Below, piece after piece: positions 1-8,937 of a DNA stretch of 31,766 nt. The DNA lies in contig JBGPFC010000040.1 of assembly GCA_041483195.1 (NCBI GenBank), positions 1-31,766 on the forward strand. The letters are read 5' to 3'. The notes beneath the pieces are model-generated. The model was not told the origin of the DNA. It was given only the letters and a program-made list of their open reading frames with translations, and made no database searches. Numbering within the stretch: position 1 is the first letter of the stretch; each line of letters opens with the position of its first letter. Source of the stretch: Candidatus Eiseniibacteriota bacterium (GTDB taxonomy: Bacteria > Eisenbacteria > RBG-16-71-46). The translations under genes were made by a program, and so were the position numbers.

Positions 1-396
1 CGTGACAAAAGGAACGTCCGGCTCGAACACGATGGTCGCCGCGTCGTCCGAGAGGCTCAATGATCCGGTGTGCAATCCGCTGATCGAGCCCGTGACGGAG
101 AGCGCGCCGGGCGTGAGCGTGCGCTCGTCGATGAGGCTGCCTTCGCGGATCACCACGTTGTTCCATGGAGAGACGCGCCGCGCCGCGGGCACCGGCGACA
201 GATACTCGTAGCTGTCCCGGGACGGGGCGGCGTGCGACGTCCCGCACCATCCGGCCGCGAGCACGAGACCCACGCACGAAGCGATGATCGCGTCGCGCCA
301 CGGGCGCGACGGGAGAAGCGAGACAGATGGTTCACCATCATCGATGGGACGAAATGGAGAACACACCGCGGGGTGGACGCGGCCGCAATCGGGCAT
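1..396 (-). CDS. N-terminal part of a secreted protein with an Ig-like (Big_5-like) N-terminal domain, as seen in secreted aryl-sulfate sulfotransferase-like proteins; truncated by the window edge
   Basis: Not in the ORF track because no stop lies in the window. Hand translation of the - frame ending at base 1 gives ...DAIIASCVGLVLAAGWCGTSHAAPSRDSYEYLSPVPAARRVSPWNNVVIREGSLIDERTLTPGALSVTGSISGLHTGSLSLSDDAATIVFEPDVPFVT. This is a hydrophobic signal-like stretch followed by a 'YLSP.P.A..VS...N..I' Ig-like start. Start codon uncertain (ATG 394-396 or GTG 364-366). Confidence 0.65.
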   Translation of the reverse strand, partial: MPDCGRVHPAVCSPFRPIDDGEPSVSLLPSRPWRDAIIASCVGLVLAAGWCGTSHAAPSRDSYEYLSPVPAARRVSPWNNVVIREGSLIDERTLTPGALSVTGSISGLHTGSLSLSDDAATIVFEPDVPFVT

Positions 397-891
397 GGCA
401 GTCGGCTCCGAGAAAATGGCCCCGGTCGGCTCCACAGGCACGGCCTGAACCAGCGCGGCGCCTCGAGGGGAGGGTCCCGGGCGACTTCGCGCGAGTGGAG
501 CAAACCGACGTCAGGCGAGCGGGGGCACTCCCCGCGCCCTGATCGTTCACTAGAACTGCGCAAAAATTCTAGATGATACAAGGTGTAGCTCGTCCAGTAC
601 GAAATGACGAACGCGGCCTCGAAACATCCACCGCAACCTCGGCCCGATACGATCGTCCATGGCAATGCGTGGCGAGCCGGGATGTTCGTCACGTGTCACC
701 GCGTTGTCAGGCCGGGGGCGTCGGCCTCGATCGCGCGGTACGTTGGACCGGGTAGTTGCAGTGCACGAGGAGTGTGACCCGCGCACGGCGGCCGGCCGCG
801 GCGCTGCCGCCGCGACCGGCTCGCCGCAGGCGCGGGCGCATTCTTCATCGCGCGCTCCGGACCCTCGCGATCGCGCTGGAGATCTCTAAAC

Positions 892-1665
892 ATGATTATG
901 TCGTTCGAAGAAAGCCACTCCTCGCGCCCGATTTCGCACCGGGCGGGCCTCGGCCTCGCCGCATGCGCCGCCGCCCTCTGGATCGTGGCCGCCCTGCTCC
1001 CGGCGGCGAGTCTTGCCGAGTCGAGTCCGAAGCTCCCGCCGCAGATCGGCGGCAAGTGGAAGCTGAACGTCCAGCAGAGCGAAACGCTGCAGCAGAAGAT
1101 GCAGGAGATGCGCGGCTCGGGTGGCGGCGGCGGCGGCGGCGGCGGCGGCTGGCGCCGCGGCGGCGGCGGCGGCGGTGAAGGTGGCGGCGGGTTCGGCCGC
1201 GGCGGCGGAGGTGGCGGCGGCGGGTATGGTGGCGGCCGGGGCGGGATGCGCGGAGGCCGCGGGGGCGGCGGCGAGGGCGGGGCCCCTGACAGCGCGGGGA
1301 ACGGTGCGCGCAATCCGGAGATGCGCGAACTCGCTCAGCCTCCGATGAACCTGCTCATCGAGCAGGCGGACAGCACGCTGGTATTGAGCGAACGCGGGCT
1401 CACGCTGCAGGTGCTGGTGATCGGCGACCTCGCGCTCACCGGGGCGTCGATCGATCCCGATGCGCCGCACGTGTCCGCGAAATGGAAGGGTGAGGATCTG
1501 ATCGCGGAACGCACCACCTCACGCGGCGCCAAGTTCACGCAGACCTTCGAGCTCGGCAAGGACGGCAAGACGCTGATCGTGCGCACGAGGCGCGAGGGCC
1601 AGGGCGACCGGCCCGCGCTCGAGCTGAAGCGCGTATACGATCGCGACACGGCCGAAGGCGACTGA
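892..1665 (+). CDS. Secreted hypothetical protein: lipocalin-like beta-barrel interrupted by a long Gly/Arg-rich low-complexity loop
   Basis: Signal peptide (LAACAAALWIVAALLPAASLA), 'IGGKWKLN' first strand, (GGC)n-encoded Gly runs at ~1117-1280, then a beta-rich C-terminus ending 'LKRVYDR'; GGAG upstream of the ATG. Confidence 0.75.
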   Translation: MIMSFEESHSSRPISHRAGLGLAACAAALWIVAALLPAASLAESSPKLPPQIGGKWKLNVQQSETLQQKMQEMRGSGGGGGGGGGGWRRGGGGGGEGGGGFGRGGGGGGGGYGGGRGGMRGGRGGGGEGGAPDSAGNGARNPEMRELAQPPMNLLIEQADSTLVLSERGLTLQVLVIGDLALTGASIDPDAPHVSAKWKGEDLIAERTTSRGAKFTQTFELGKDGKTLIVRTRREGQGDRPALELKRVYDRDTAEGD

Positions 1666-1677
1666 TCCCGCGGGCGA

Positions 1678-1705
1678 GCGGGCGCGCGGCACGTCGCGCG
1701 CCCGC
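1678..1705. terminator. GC-rich hairpin between convergent genes
   Basis: GCGGGCGCGCG-gcacgt-CGCGCGCCCGC, 11-bp stem; no U-tract. Confidence 0.4.
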
Positions 1706-1723
1706 GACGCCTCGCGCCCCGGG

Positions 1724-2863
1724 TCAGCGCCCGCGCGCGAAGCGCGCGATCCGGAACAGCTCGAGATCGAATCGCGGCGTCACGCCGGTCAGCAGATCCG
1801 AGAGCGTCTCGCCCAGCGCGCTCGCGAACTTGAAGCCGTGACCCGAGCAGGGACTCGCGATCAGCACCTGCGGGTGCGCGGGATGCGCGTCCACGATGAA
1901 GTGCTGGTCGCGGGTGTTCGTGTAGAGACAGACCGCGGCCTCGCGCAATCGTCCCGCCGCATCGGGAACGTGGCGCGCGAGCGCCGCGCGCATGGTCTCG
2001 ACCTCCGCGGCCGACACCTCGCGCCGCACCCGGTCGGGCTCGACGACCTCGCCCTCGTGGTGGCGGGCCGCCTTGATCCCATCGCCCAGGTCGGGAAACC
2101 CGTAGATGAATCGTCCCGGCTCGTCCTCCCAGATGTAGATCGGAAAACGATCGGGGGCGAAGCGCTCGGGATGCGCGGCGGCCTCGAACCAGAAGAGCGG
2201 CTGACGCGTCACGGTGAGCAGCGGCGCGAGATCGGGCGCGAGCGCGCCGAGCCACGCGCCCGCCGCGAGCAGCAGGCGCGAAGCTCGGGCCGTGCCCCGC
2301 GCGGTCGTCACCGCGACCCCCGCGCCGTCGTCGCGCCAGGCGAGGACGGGAGCGCCCAGCTCGATGTCCGCGCCGCGCGTGCGGGCGCGGTCGAGGTGGG
2401 CGGCGACGCACGCCTCCGGAAACAGCACCCCGGCGCGCGGCTCGCGCACCACGATCGCATCGTCCGGGACGTTCATCGCCGGATATTCCGCGCGGGCCCG
2501 TTCCGCGGATAACGTTTCGTGCGGCAGGCCGTGCGTCTCGGCGCTGCGCAGCGCGCCCGCGACCAGCGCCCCGCCGCGCGGACCGATCATGAGCCCGCCG
2601 GTCCTCAGCCACAGCGTGCGTCCGCTCTCGCGCTCGAGCTCGGCCCAGCGCTCGTACGCGCGCTGCACCAGCGGCACGTAGCGCGGATCTTCGAAGTACG
2701 CCTCGCGGATGATGCGGCTCCGGCCGTGCGAGGAGCCGAGGTCGTGCGGCGGCGCGAACCGGTCGATGCCCAGCACCCGCTTGCCGCGCGCCGCCAGCTC
2801 CGCGAGCGCCGCGCTGCCGATCGCGCCGAGCCCGGCGACGACGACGTCGTAGCCGCGGCTCAC
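1724..2863 (-). CDS. solA: N-methyl-L-tryptophan oxidase / monomeric sarcosine oxidase family flavoprotein
   Basis: Dinucleotide-binding 'YDVVVAGLGAIGS', 'GSSHGRSRIIR', 'AVCLYTNT' (covalent-FAD Cys region) and 'SPCSGHGFKF'. The GTG at 2861-2863 overlaps the upstream gene's TGA (GTGA), so the real gene is the 3' 379 aa of the 655-aa track ORF. Confidence 0.88.
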   Translation of the reverse strand: MSRGYDVVVAGLGAIGSAALAELAARGKRVLGIDRFAPPHDLGSSHGRSRIIREAYFEDPRYVPLVQRAYERWAELERESGRTLWLRTGGLMIGPRGGALVAGALRSAETHGLPHETLSAERARAEYPAMNVPDDAIVVREPRAGVLFPEACVAAHLDRARTRGADIELGAPVLAWRDDGAGVAVTTARGTARASRLLLAAGAWLGALAPDLAPLLTVTRQPLFWFEAAAHPERFAPDRFPIYIWEDEPGRFIYGFPDLGDGIKAARHHEGEVVEPDRVRREVSAAEVETMRAALARHVPDAAGRLREAAVCLYTNTRDQHFIVDAHPAHPQVLIASPCSGHGFKFASALGETLSDLLTGVTPRFDLELFRIARFARGR

Positions 2864-3597
2864 GTTGGATCCGGAAGGTCGGACGTCGGCGCGGCGGGGA
2901 CTCCGCGCTCGTAAGCGCCCTGCATGAGCTGGCCGGAGTGAGCGTCCATCAGCGCATGGAGCAGCATCCCCGCGTAGAGCGTGCCGCTCACGACGTACAC
3001 CGCGGCGAGGAAGGCGCCGACCGCGGCGGTGGTGAGCATGCCGCGCCAGCCCTGGTACGCGTGGCCGGCGCCGAAGATCAGCGCGGCGAGCGCAGCGGCC
3101 GGGATGAGGCCCAGCCAGTGCGCGAGGTACCAGATCATGTAGCCGCGATAGAGCAGCTCCTCGCACACCCCCGCGGTCACCGAGAGCGCGAAGAACAGCG
3201 ACAGCTCGTCGCGCGAGTGAGGGAGCATCACCTCGAGCGCGCGCATCCGCTCGCGGAGCCGGGCGAGCGCCGCGTCGTCCCGCAGCGCGCCACCGCGCTG
3301 GCGCGCGATCACCGCGATCATGATCGCGGCGCCCGCCGCCACGCCGATCAGGCCCCAGGTGAGACGCGGAACCAGCCCGAGTGCGCTCCACTCCCGCCGC
3401 GTCGCGAGCCACAACGCGAGGGTGGCCGCGCTGAGCGACCACTGGACCACGATCGCCTGCCGGTAGACCGAGCGCCGCACCCGCGGGCGCTCGGCTTCGG
3501 CCGCGAGCCGCAGTCGCCGGAAGCCGAACGCGCTCGCGCGCAGCGGAAAGAGGACGGCCAGCACGATGAACAGGGTGTGATCGAGCAGGGTGGGCAC
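2860..3597 (-). CDS. CPBP (CAAX/Abi) family intramembrane glutamic endopeptidase
   Basis: Motifs 'AGVCEELLYRGY', 'FGAGHAYQG', 'LLHALMD'; multiple TM helices. Start placed at GTG 3595-3597, which lies 6 nt after a TATGCT -10 box. Confidence 0.9.
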   Translation of the reverse strand: MPTLLDHTLFIVLAVLFPLRASAFGFRRLRLAAEAERPRVRRSVYRQAIVVQWSLSAATLALWLATRREWSALGLVPRLTWGLIGVAAGAAIMIAVIARQRGGALRDDAALARLRERMRALEVMLPHSRDELSLFFALSVTAGVCEELLYRGYMIWYLAHWLGLIPAAALAALIFGAGHAYQGWRGMLTTAAVGAFLAAVYVVSGTLYAGMLLHALMDAHSGQLMQGAYERGVPAAPTSDLPDPT

Positions 3598-3661
3598 GAC
3601 GCCAGCATACATGACGGGCGGCGGATGCCGCCGCGCGGCGCCGTTGGGCTACCATGGCGCG
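3598..3661. promoter_or_regulatory. Divergent pair of putative leaderless sigma70 -10 elements
   Basis: - strand: TATGCT (3604-3609) + 6 nt + GTG. + strand: TACCAT (3650-3655) + 6 nt + ATG (3662). Neither start has an SD. Confidence 0.55.
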
Positions 3662-5509
3662 ATGCGCCGCCGCGACCTCGCCCCTTCGCACCCGACCCGG
3701 CCCGCGTCACGACCCGCCGCCGACCGGGCACCCGCGATCGCGGAGCCGCCCTCCCCTGCGCCGCCGCTGCTGATCGCGGCGCTCGCGCTGGGATTCGCGC
3801 TGCGCGTGGCGGCGAGCGCGATCCCGCCCGCCGGGCTCTGGGGCCTCGATACCCTGCGGCACCTTCCGCCGATCGCCGCGGTCGCGATCGTGCTGCTCGC
3901 CGCGGCCGGCTTCGCGCCCCCGCTCGCGCGCGCGATCGAGCGCCGGCTCGATGCGCTGGGCGCGGCGTGGGAGCGCGCGGGCGCGAGGGGCGACCTCGCG
4001 GTCGCGATCGCGGCCGGCCTCACGCTCTTCTTCATGCGCGACACGGTGCGCTTCACCGGCGACTTCGAGACGCGCCTGAGCCAGCTCGCGCAGGCTGCGC
4101 CGATGGCTGTCATCTTCCCGCAGGCCTCGCCGCTCGACCGGCTGGTGAACGTGGGCCTCACGCGCCTCGTGATGTCGCTCGGCGCGGAGCCCGAGATCGC
4201 GCTGCAGGCGACGGGCGCCCTGATGGGCGCGCTGTTCGCGATGGCGTCGCTCGCGCTGATCCGCGCGGCCGGCGCATCGCGCGCGATGCTTCCCGCAGCT
4301 GCGGCCGTCGTGCTCGGAGGGGGCTACATGCTGCACTTCGCGGGCTACGACAAGTTCGGCCCGCTGCTGGTCGGCATCGCGCTCGGATGCGCCGGCGCGG
4401 TGCGGCTCGCGCGCGACGGCCGCGGCGCGTGGCAACTGGGCGCGGGGAGCGCGATCTGCGTGCTGGCCCATCGCTCGGGATACGCGCTGCTCCCCGCGGC
4501 GGCGGTGGTGTTCGTCCGGGCGCTGCGCGGCGCGGGCGACCAGCGCGCGCGCCTGCATCTGTTCGCCGCCGCCGCGCTGGTCGCCGCCTCGGCGGCGGCG
4601 GTGCTCACGCAAGCCGTTCACCTGTTGCGAACGCTCGATCGTGCGACCCACCTCGCGGGCGCGACGGTTTCGGGAGGCGCCACGCCGCTCATCCACGCGC
4701 TGGACCTGGTCAACCTGCTCGGCTTCGTCGCGCCGCTGTGGCTCGCGGGCGCCGCAGCAGCCTGGCTCGTGCGCCCCGGCCCGACACCCGCACCCGCCCC
4801 CTCCCGCTTTTCGCTCGCGCCCGCCGCCTGGCTCGCGATCGGCGCGGAGCTCGCGCTGGTCGCCGTGATTCGCGGCCGGCAGGGCGCGGCGCGCGACTGG
4901 GACATGCACACCGGCGCCGGCCTGATCGTGACGCTGGCCTCGGCCGCCGCGCTGGTCGCGGCCTGGCGGCGGCACGGCGCGCGCGGCGCGCTCGCCCCCG
5001 CGCTCACCACCGCGCTCGCGTCGAGCCTCGCGCTCTGGGCGATCCACACCACGCCCGCGGCCGCGCTCTCGCGCATCGAGGACGCGCTCTCGCGGCGCGC
5101 GGCGTGGACCGACGCCACCTGGGCGCGGGCGCACGACTTCCTCGGGCTGCGAGCGCTGCGCGAGCACCGCACCACCGACGCGATCCGCGCGCTCTCGGCG
5201 GCGGTGCGGGTCGCTCCCAACCCGCGCTACCTGTTCGAGCTGGGTCTCGCCGAACTCGAGGCGGGCGACGACTCGCTCGCGCTGCGGGCGTTCGAGCGCG
5301 CGGTCGCTCGCAACCGGCGATTCCCGGACGCGTGGATGGGCCTCGCGATCGTGGCGTACGGCGCCGGCGACTACACGCGGGCGCTGGCCTGCGCCGACTC
5401 CGGGCTGAGCTATTCGCCAGGGCGCGCCGACATCCGGACCGTGCGCGACCGCGCGCTCGACGCGATCGCGGGCCGCGCGCGCGGGATATCGGGTAGCATC
5501 CGCGAATGA
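3662..5509 (+). CDS. Polytopic membrane protein with C-terminal TPR repeats (GT-C-like architecture), paralog 1
   Basis: About 10-12 hydrophobic segments; loops 'WGLDTLR', 'FTGDFETR', 'FPQASPLDR', 'HFAGYDKFGP', 'AHRSG', 'ARDWDMH'; TPR-like tail (APNPRYLFELGLAE, PDAWMGLA). Confidence 0.75.
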   Translation: MRRRDLAPSHPTRPASRPAADRAPAIAEPPSPAPPLLIAALALGFALRVAASAIPPAGLWGLDTLRHLPPIAAVAIVLLAAAGFAPPLARAIERRLDALGAAWERAGARGDLAVAIAAGLTLFFMRDTVRFTGDFETRLSQLAQAAPMAVIFPQASPLDRLVNVGLTRLVMSLGAEPEIALQATGALMGALFAMASLALIRAAGASRAMLPAAAAVVLGGGYMLHFAGYDKFGPLLVGIALGCAGAVRLARDGRGAWQLGAGSAICVLAHRSGYALLPAAAVVFVRALRGAGDQRARLHLFAAAALVAASAAAVLTQAVHLLRTLDRATHLAGATVSGGATPLIHALDLVNLLGFVAPLWLAGAAAAWLVRPGPTPAPAPSRFSLAPAAWLAIGAELALVAVIRGRQGAARDWDMHTGAGLIVTLASAAALVAAWRRHGARGALAPALTTALASSLALWAIHTTPAAALSRIEDALSRRAAWTDATWARAHDFLGLRALREHRTTDAIRALSAAVRVAPNPRYLFELGLAELEAGDDSLALRAFERAVARNRRFPDAWMGLAIVAYGAGDYTRALACADSGLSYSPGRADIRTVRDRALDAIAGRARGISGSIRE

Positions 5510-7377
5510 ACGCTCGCAAGCGTGGCGGCCGGCCGCGATCCTCCGACGCGCCGCGCCCCGCTCCACCCTCCGCGCGGCGCGCGGCGGCCCTGACCTTCGC
5601 GCGCATCCCCGCGGCGCCGCCGCTCCTGCTCTGGGCGCTCGCGCTCGGCTTCCTGCTGCGCGCGGCCGCGAGCCTCACGCACGTGCACGGCGTGTGGGGA
5701 CTCGACACGCTGCGGCCGTGGCCGCTCGCTCCCGCGCTCGCGGTGCTCGCGCTCGGCGCGCTGGGGTTCGTTCCGCCGCTCGCCCGGCTCATCGAGCGCG
5801 GGCTCGATGAGGTGGGAGCGCTCTGGGAACGCGGCGGGCTCGCGGTCGATCTCGCGGTCGCCGCCGGCGTCGCGCTGGCGCTCTACCGCCTGCGCGATCC
5901 CGTCATGTTCACCGGCGACTTCTCGACGCGCGTGAGCCAGCTGGTGCTGCACTCGCCGGTGGCGAAGGTGTTCCCGCAGGTCTCCCCGCTCGACCGCTGG
6001 ATCAATATCGAGCTGACTCGCTGGCTGGTGGGCGCCCACCTCCTGGAGGTGACCCCCGCGCTCCATCTGGTGGGAGCGCTGGTCGGCTTCGGTTTCGTGC
6101 TGACGACGCTCGCGTTCGCGCGGGCGGCGGGTGCGGCGCGCGCGATGCTGCCCGCTGCCGCCGCGGTCCTATTGGGCGGCGCCTACCTGATCCACTTCTC
6201 GGGCTACGACAAGTTCGGCCCGCTGCTGCTCGGCATCGCGCTCGCGAGCCTCGGCGCGGTGCGCCTCGCCCGCACCGGGCGCGGCGCGCTCGTGCTGGGC
6301 TTTGGTGTGGCGGTGTGCGTGCTCTCGCACCGTTCGGGCTTCGCGCTCCTCCCCGCCGCCGCGCTGGCGCTGGTGCAGGCGTGGCGGCGCGCGGAGGATG
6401 CGCGCGCGCGCGCCGGCATCGGCGCGGCGGCGGCGATCATGCTCGCGCCGGCGATCGCCATCCTGCCGCGCGCGATTCACGTGCTCCAGAGCGTGGACCG
6501 GCTCCAGAACCTGCCGGGAGCGCCGCAGGGCGGCGGGCCGCCGCTCTACGGGATCCCGGACCTCGCGCTGCGAGCGACCGACGCGCTCAACCTGTTGTTC
6601 CTGATCGCCCCGCTCTGGCTCGCCGGCGTCGCGGCGGCGTGGCTCGCTCGAAGCGCTCCGCCGCCGCGCGAGGCGCGGCGCTTCCCGCTCGCGCCGGCCG
6701 CATCGCTCGCGCTCGGCGCCGAGCTGCTGCTGCTGCTCGTGGTTCGCGGCGCCCAGGGCGTGGCCCGCGACTGGGACATGCACGTCGCCCCGGCGTTGCT
6801 GGTCACGCTCGTCACAGCATACCTGCTGATCGTGGTGTGGCAGGGCATCGGCGCGGCGCGCGGGATCGCCCCGGCTTTCACCACCGCGATCGCCTGCGCG
6901 ATCGCGCTCTGGGGCATTCACGTGAGCGAGCCGATCGGCATCGCGCGGGTCGGCGAGTTGCTCGCGAACCGGGCCGCATGGAGCGACGCGGCCTGGGCGC
7001 GCGCGCACGACTTCATGGGCGTGCGGGCGCTTCAACAGGCACGCCCGGTGGTCGCGATCGCGGAGCTGGAAGCCGCGATCAGCGCCGCGCCCAATCCTCG
7101 ATTCTATTTCGAGCTGGGCATCGCACACCGCATGCTGGGACACGCCGCGGAAGCACGCACGAACATCGAGAAGGCCCACACGCTGGATCCGATGCTCTCC
7201 GATCCATGGGTGGGCTTCGCGCTGCTCGCCGTGGACGCCCGGGATTTCGCGGGCGCCGTGATCGATTGCGATTCGGCGCTCGCGATCTCGCCGCATCGTG
7301 GCGACGCGAAGCAGATTCGCGCCAGCGCGCTCAACGCGATGCAGCTGATGGCGCAGCCGAGCTCGCCTTTCCACTAG
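5506..7377 (+). CDS. Polytopic membrane protein with C-terminal TPR repeats (GT-C-like architecture), paralog 2
   Basis: ATGA overlap with paralog 1 and the same motifs ('WGLDTLR', 'FTGDFSTR', 'FPQVSPLDR', 'HFSGYDKFGP', 'SHRSG', 'ARDWDMH', 'APNPRFYFELG'). Confidence 0.78.
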   Translation: MNARKRGGRPRSSDAPRPAPPSARRAAALTFARIPAAPPLLLWALALGFLLRAAASLTHVHGVWGLDTLRPWPLAPALAVLALGALGFVPPLARLIERGLDEVGALWERGGLAVDLAVAAGVALALYRLRDPVMFTGDFSTRVSQLVLHSPVAKVFPQVSPLDRWINIELTRWLVGAHLLEVTPALHLVGALVGFGFVLTTLAFARAAGAARAMLPAAAAVLLGGAYLIHFSGYDKFGPLLLGIALASLGAVRLARTGRGALVLGFGVAVCVLSHRSGFALLPAAALALVQAWRRAEDARARAGIGAAAAIMLAPAIAILPRAIHVLQSVDRLQNLPGAPQGGGPPLYGIPDLALRATDALNLLFLIAPLWLAGVAAAWLARSAPPPREARRFPLAPAASLALGAELLLLLVVRGAQGVARDWDMHVAPALLVTLVTAYLLIVVWQGIGAARGIAPAFTTAIACAIALWGIHVSEPIGIARVGELLANRAAWSDAAWARAHDFMGVRALQQARPVVAIAELEAAISAAPNPRFYFELGIAHRMLGHAAEARTNIEKAHTLDPMLSDPWVGFALLAVDARDFAGAVIDCDSALAISPHRGDAKQIRASALNAMQLMAQPSSPFH

Positions 7378-7388
7378 GCCGGGCGCGC

Positions 7389-8858
7389 TCAGGGCCAGGC
7401 GCCGCCCCGCCACAGCGTGGCCTTGCCGAAGCGCATGGCGATCGGACTGCTCAGGCTGTCCAGCCACGCGCCCGCGACCGGTCCGTCGCGCCCGCTGTGC
7501 CGGAAACGCACCCCCCACCACGCCACGCTCCCCGCGCGCACGCGAGCCCATTCATCGGCGCTCATGCGCCACGCGTCGGGAACGACCAGGATGCCGTCCG
7601 AGTAGTGAAATGTTTCGGCGCCCGGCAGGTCCAGCAACCGGCAGCGCTCCGGATCGCGCAGGTGGTAACGCATGAAGAGGAACGAGCGGGTCTCGGCGCA
7701 CAGCACGAAGTCCTGGGCGCTGCCGCGCGCGCGTAGCACGGCGGCGGCGCGCTCGAGCGAGGCCGACTCGTCGAACGCTCCGCGCTTGACCCAGGCGCGG
7801 GCGCCGAGCAACACCAGCGCAGCTCCCGCGATCGTGGCGAGCGGCGCCGCCGGGATCGCGGCGATCCCGGCGCCCACCAGCAGCGTCCACAACGAAAGGC
7901 CGCAGAACATCTCGCGCATCACGAAGATGTGCGCGCCGGCGTGCGAGAGCGCGAACGGCACGGCGATCGGCACCAGCAGCGTGAACCAGAGAAAGCCCGC
8001 CGGCCGCCTCGGCCCGCGCGCGAGGAGCGGCAGCGCCGCCAGGATTCCGAGCACGGGGATCAGGTAGAACGAGTTGAGATTGAGCTTGCGGACCACGTCG
8101 AGCACGTCGCGCGCCGGCATGGGTGGCCCGGGACGGTCGCCCACCACCAGCCGCTGCAGCTGGCCGATCAGCGTCGAGAGCTCGGGCAGGTAGAGCGCGG
8201 CCACCGCCACCAGGCAGCCGAGCCAGATCGCGAGGCGGCGAGGCTCGCGCCGCAGCGCGACCGCGACCCACAACCACATCGCCGTGAGCGCGAACGCCGA
8301 GAACCAGAAGGCCCAGAGCGCGAGGGCGGAGCACATGACAAACGTCAGCGCGTCGCCGCGCCGGCCGCGCTCGCGCCAGCGCCACGCCGCGCCGGCGGAG
8401 AGCAGCAACAGCAGCCAGCACATCGCGTGAAACGTGACTTCCTGCGAGTAGTAGATGTGCGTGGGGCTGGAGGCGAGGAGCGCCGCGGCCCAGAGACCCG
8501 CGCGCGAGCCGAACATCTCGCGGCCCAGGGCTGCGACCGCGACGATCGTAGCGAGACCGAAGAGCATCGGCTCGGCCTTGAGCCAGAGCTGGCCCTCGCC
8601 CGGGATGCGCCACGCGCACAGCACCAGCGCGTGAAGCGGCTGATCCACGTCTTGCGCGAGCACGCGCATCAGCGCGGCGGGACCGAGACGCGCGAGGAAC
8701 ACGCCGTAGATCTCGTCGAACACGAGCGAATTGCGCAGCGCTTCGACGAGCCGCGGGAGAGCCGCCAGAACGACAATGCCGAGCGTGAGCCAGGCCGCGG
8801 ACCTCCGGCCCGGAGCGCCACCCGGCGCGGATTGCGAACGGTTCCCTCCAGCGTGCAT
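7389..8858 (-). CDS. Glycosyltransferase family 39 / PMT_2 (ArnT-like, GT-C) membrane protein
   Basis: First-loop 'SLVFDEIYG', 'DVDQPLH', 'IYYSQEV' and many TM helices. Start placed at ATG 8856-8858 (uncertain). Confidence 0.8.
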   Translation of the reverse strand: MHAGGNRSQSAPGGAPGRRSAAWLTLGIVVLAALPRLVEALRNSLVFDEIYGVFLARLGPAALMRVLAQDVDQPLHALVLCAWRIPGEGQLWLKAEPMLFGLATIVAVAALGREMFGSRAGLWAAALLASSPTHIYYSQEVTFHAMCWLLLLLSAGAAWRWRERGRRGDALTFVMCSALALWAFWFSAFALTAMWLWVAVALRREPRRLAIWLGCLVAVAALYLPELSTLIGQLQRLVVGDRPGPPMPARDVLDVVRKLNLNSFYLIPVLGILAALPLLARGPRRPAGFLWFTLLVPIAVPFALSHAGAHIFVMREMFCGLSLWTLLVGAGIAAIPAAPLATIAGAALVLLGARAWVKRGAFDESASLERAAAVLRARGSAQDFVLCAETRSFLFMRYHLRDPERCRLLDLPGAETFHYSDGILVVPDAWRMSADEWARVRAGSVAWWGVRFRHSGRDGPVAGAWLDSLSSPIAMRFGKATLWRGGAWP

Positions 8859-8937
8859 GGAAATTCGACGGCCGGAAACGTACCACGACCGGACCCGGCG
8901 GCGACAACCGCGGCCGGGTGCGCTAGACTGCGCCGCA

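Noticed and set aside
1724..3691. 655-aa ORF suggesting an N-terminally extended SolA or a CPBP-SolA fusion
   Set aside because: The first ~275 aa are an alternate frame of the CPBP gene; the GTGA overlap at 2860-2863 gives a normal-length SolA.
2938..7736. 852-, 619-, 473- and 460-aa ORFs overlapping the TM-TPR genes
   Set aside because: Low-complexity shadow frames; the paralog conservation is in the annotated frames.
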